DNA from: a virus
Taxonomy: Duplodnaviria > Caudoviricetes
DNA length: 34,021 nucleotides
Reading direction: 5' to 3' (one strand)
IMG/VR virus record: IMGVR_UViG_3300031519_007630
Location: 1 to 34,021 of that record
The position numbers and the translations under genes were made by a program. The stretch's first letter is position 1; each line of letters begins with the position of its first letter. A model generated the notes under the pieces. It made no database searches. It saw only the letters and a program-made list of their open reading frames with translations, and was not told the DNA's origin. Of the stretch, positions 33,633 through 34,021 are shown piece by piece.

Positions 33633-34021
33633 ATGATTTACGAAGACATCAAAACACTTTTAACTACACTAGACAGCATAGCAAATGCACCTGAATCAGC
33701 GGTGCAGGAAGACGCAGGCACTATGGATTGGTCAACAGACAAAGTGAAAGAATTTGGTGATGCTTTGATACAACTGGCAAAAGGACAAGTGCCCAGTGAC
33801 GATTTACAGATAGACGATCTCGAAGATGGTTGGGCAGGTGCTGATCAAGACAGTCGTGATCAAATGGCGGAAACTATCGGCGCACGATTAATGAATGTGC
33901 TAGTAGGCTATTTGCAATTCAGTGCTGGTCAAAAACCAAGCACCGACGATGTCAAAGACGCACAAGGAGTTGTTAATGATCCAGAATTTAAGAAAGCATA
34001 CCACAGCAACGAATCAGCGGT
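33633..34021 (+). CDS. acidic protein, possible internal head protein, 3'-truncated (not in ORF track)
   Basis: TAAATA at 33618-33623, then MIYEDIKTLLTTLDSIANAPESAVQEDAG..., open to the window end. Confidence 0.7.
   Translation, partial: MIYEDIKTLLTTLDSIANAPESAVQEDAGTMDWSTDKVKEFGDALIQLAKGQVPSDDLQIDDLEDGWAGADQDSRDQMAETIGARLMNVLVGYLQFSAGQKPSTDDVKDAQGVVNDPEFKKAYHSNESA

Noticed and set aside
1-34021. Alternative genetic code (stop-codon reassignment)
   Set aside because: Standard-code ORFs tile the window densely and recognised proteins are full length. TAA, TAG and TGA all end genes at sensible points.
1-34021. CRISPR array, tRNA/rRNA genes, transposon, or diversity-generating retroelement
   Set aside because: I saw no regularly spaced repeats, cloverleafs, transposase or reverse transcriptase. 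Mismatches in the fibre repeats are mostly third-codon-position, not adenine-specific.

Overview
This AT-rich, densely coded window comes from a large tailed dsDNA phage (T4-related or jumbo myovirus type), not a cellular chromosome. A marine, probably alphaproteobacterial (SAR11-like) host is plausible but only inferred. From left to right it holds: a UV/oxidative-stress and Fe-S block (UvsE, Cu/Zn SOD, radical SAM, SufE, IscA); four paralogous fibre/baseplate genes with T4 gp9/gp10-like anchors and a large Ig-repeat protein; a stand-alone fragment of DnaE that stops just before the catalytic motif; GroES; a HAD phosphomannomutase-like enzyme; a clamp-loader ATPase; PhoH; a lysis cassette (M15 endolysin, two spanins, holin candidates, thermonuclease); a dnaJ-def-clpA operon; and several hypothetical genes. 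Two promoter classes are visible: a recurrent T4-late-like TAAATA box and sigma70-like promoters. Both usually sit only 5-10 nt from an ATG, which implies mostly leaderless mRNAs. The most notable items are an unexplained GC-rich structured ~90-nt RNA candidate (1231-1324), the intein-less split DnaE piece, a possibly virion-packaged Cu/Zn SOD and the phage proteostasis operon. All product calls come from motif recognition by eye; no database search was run.
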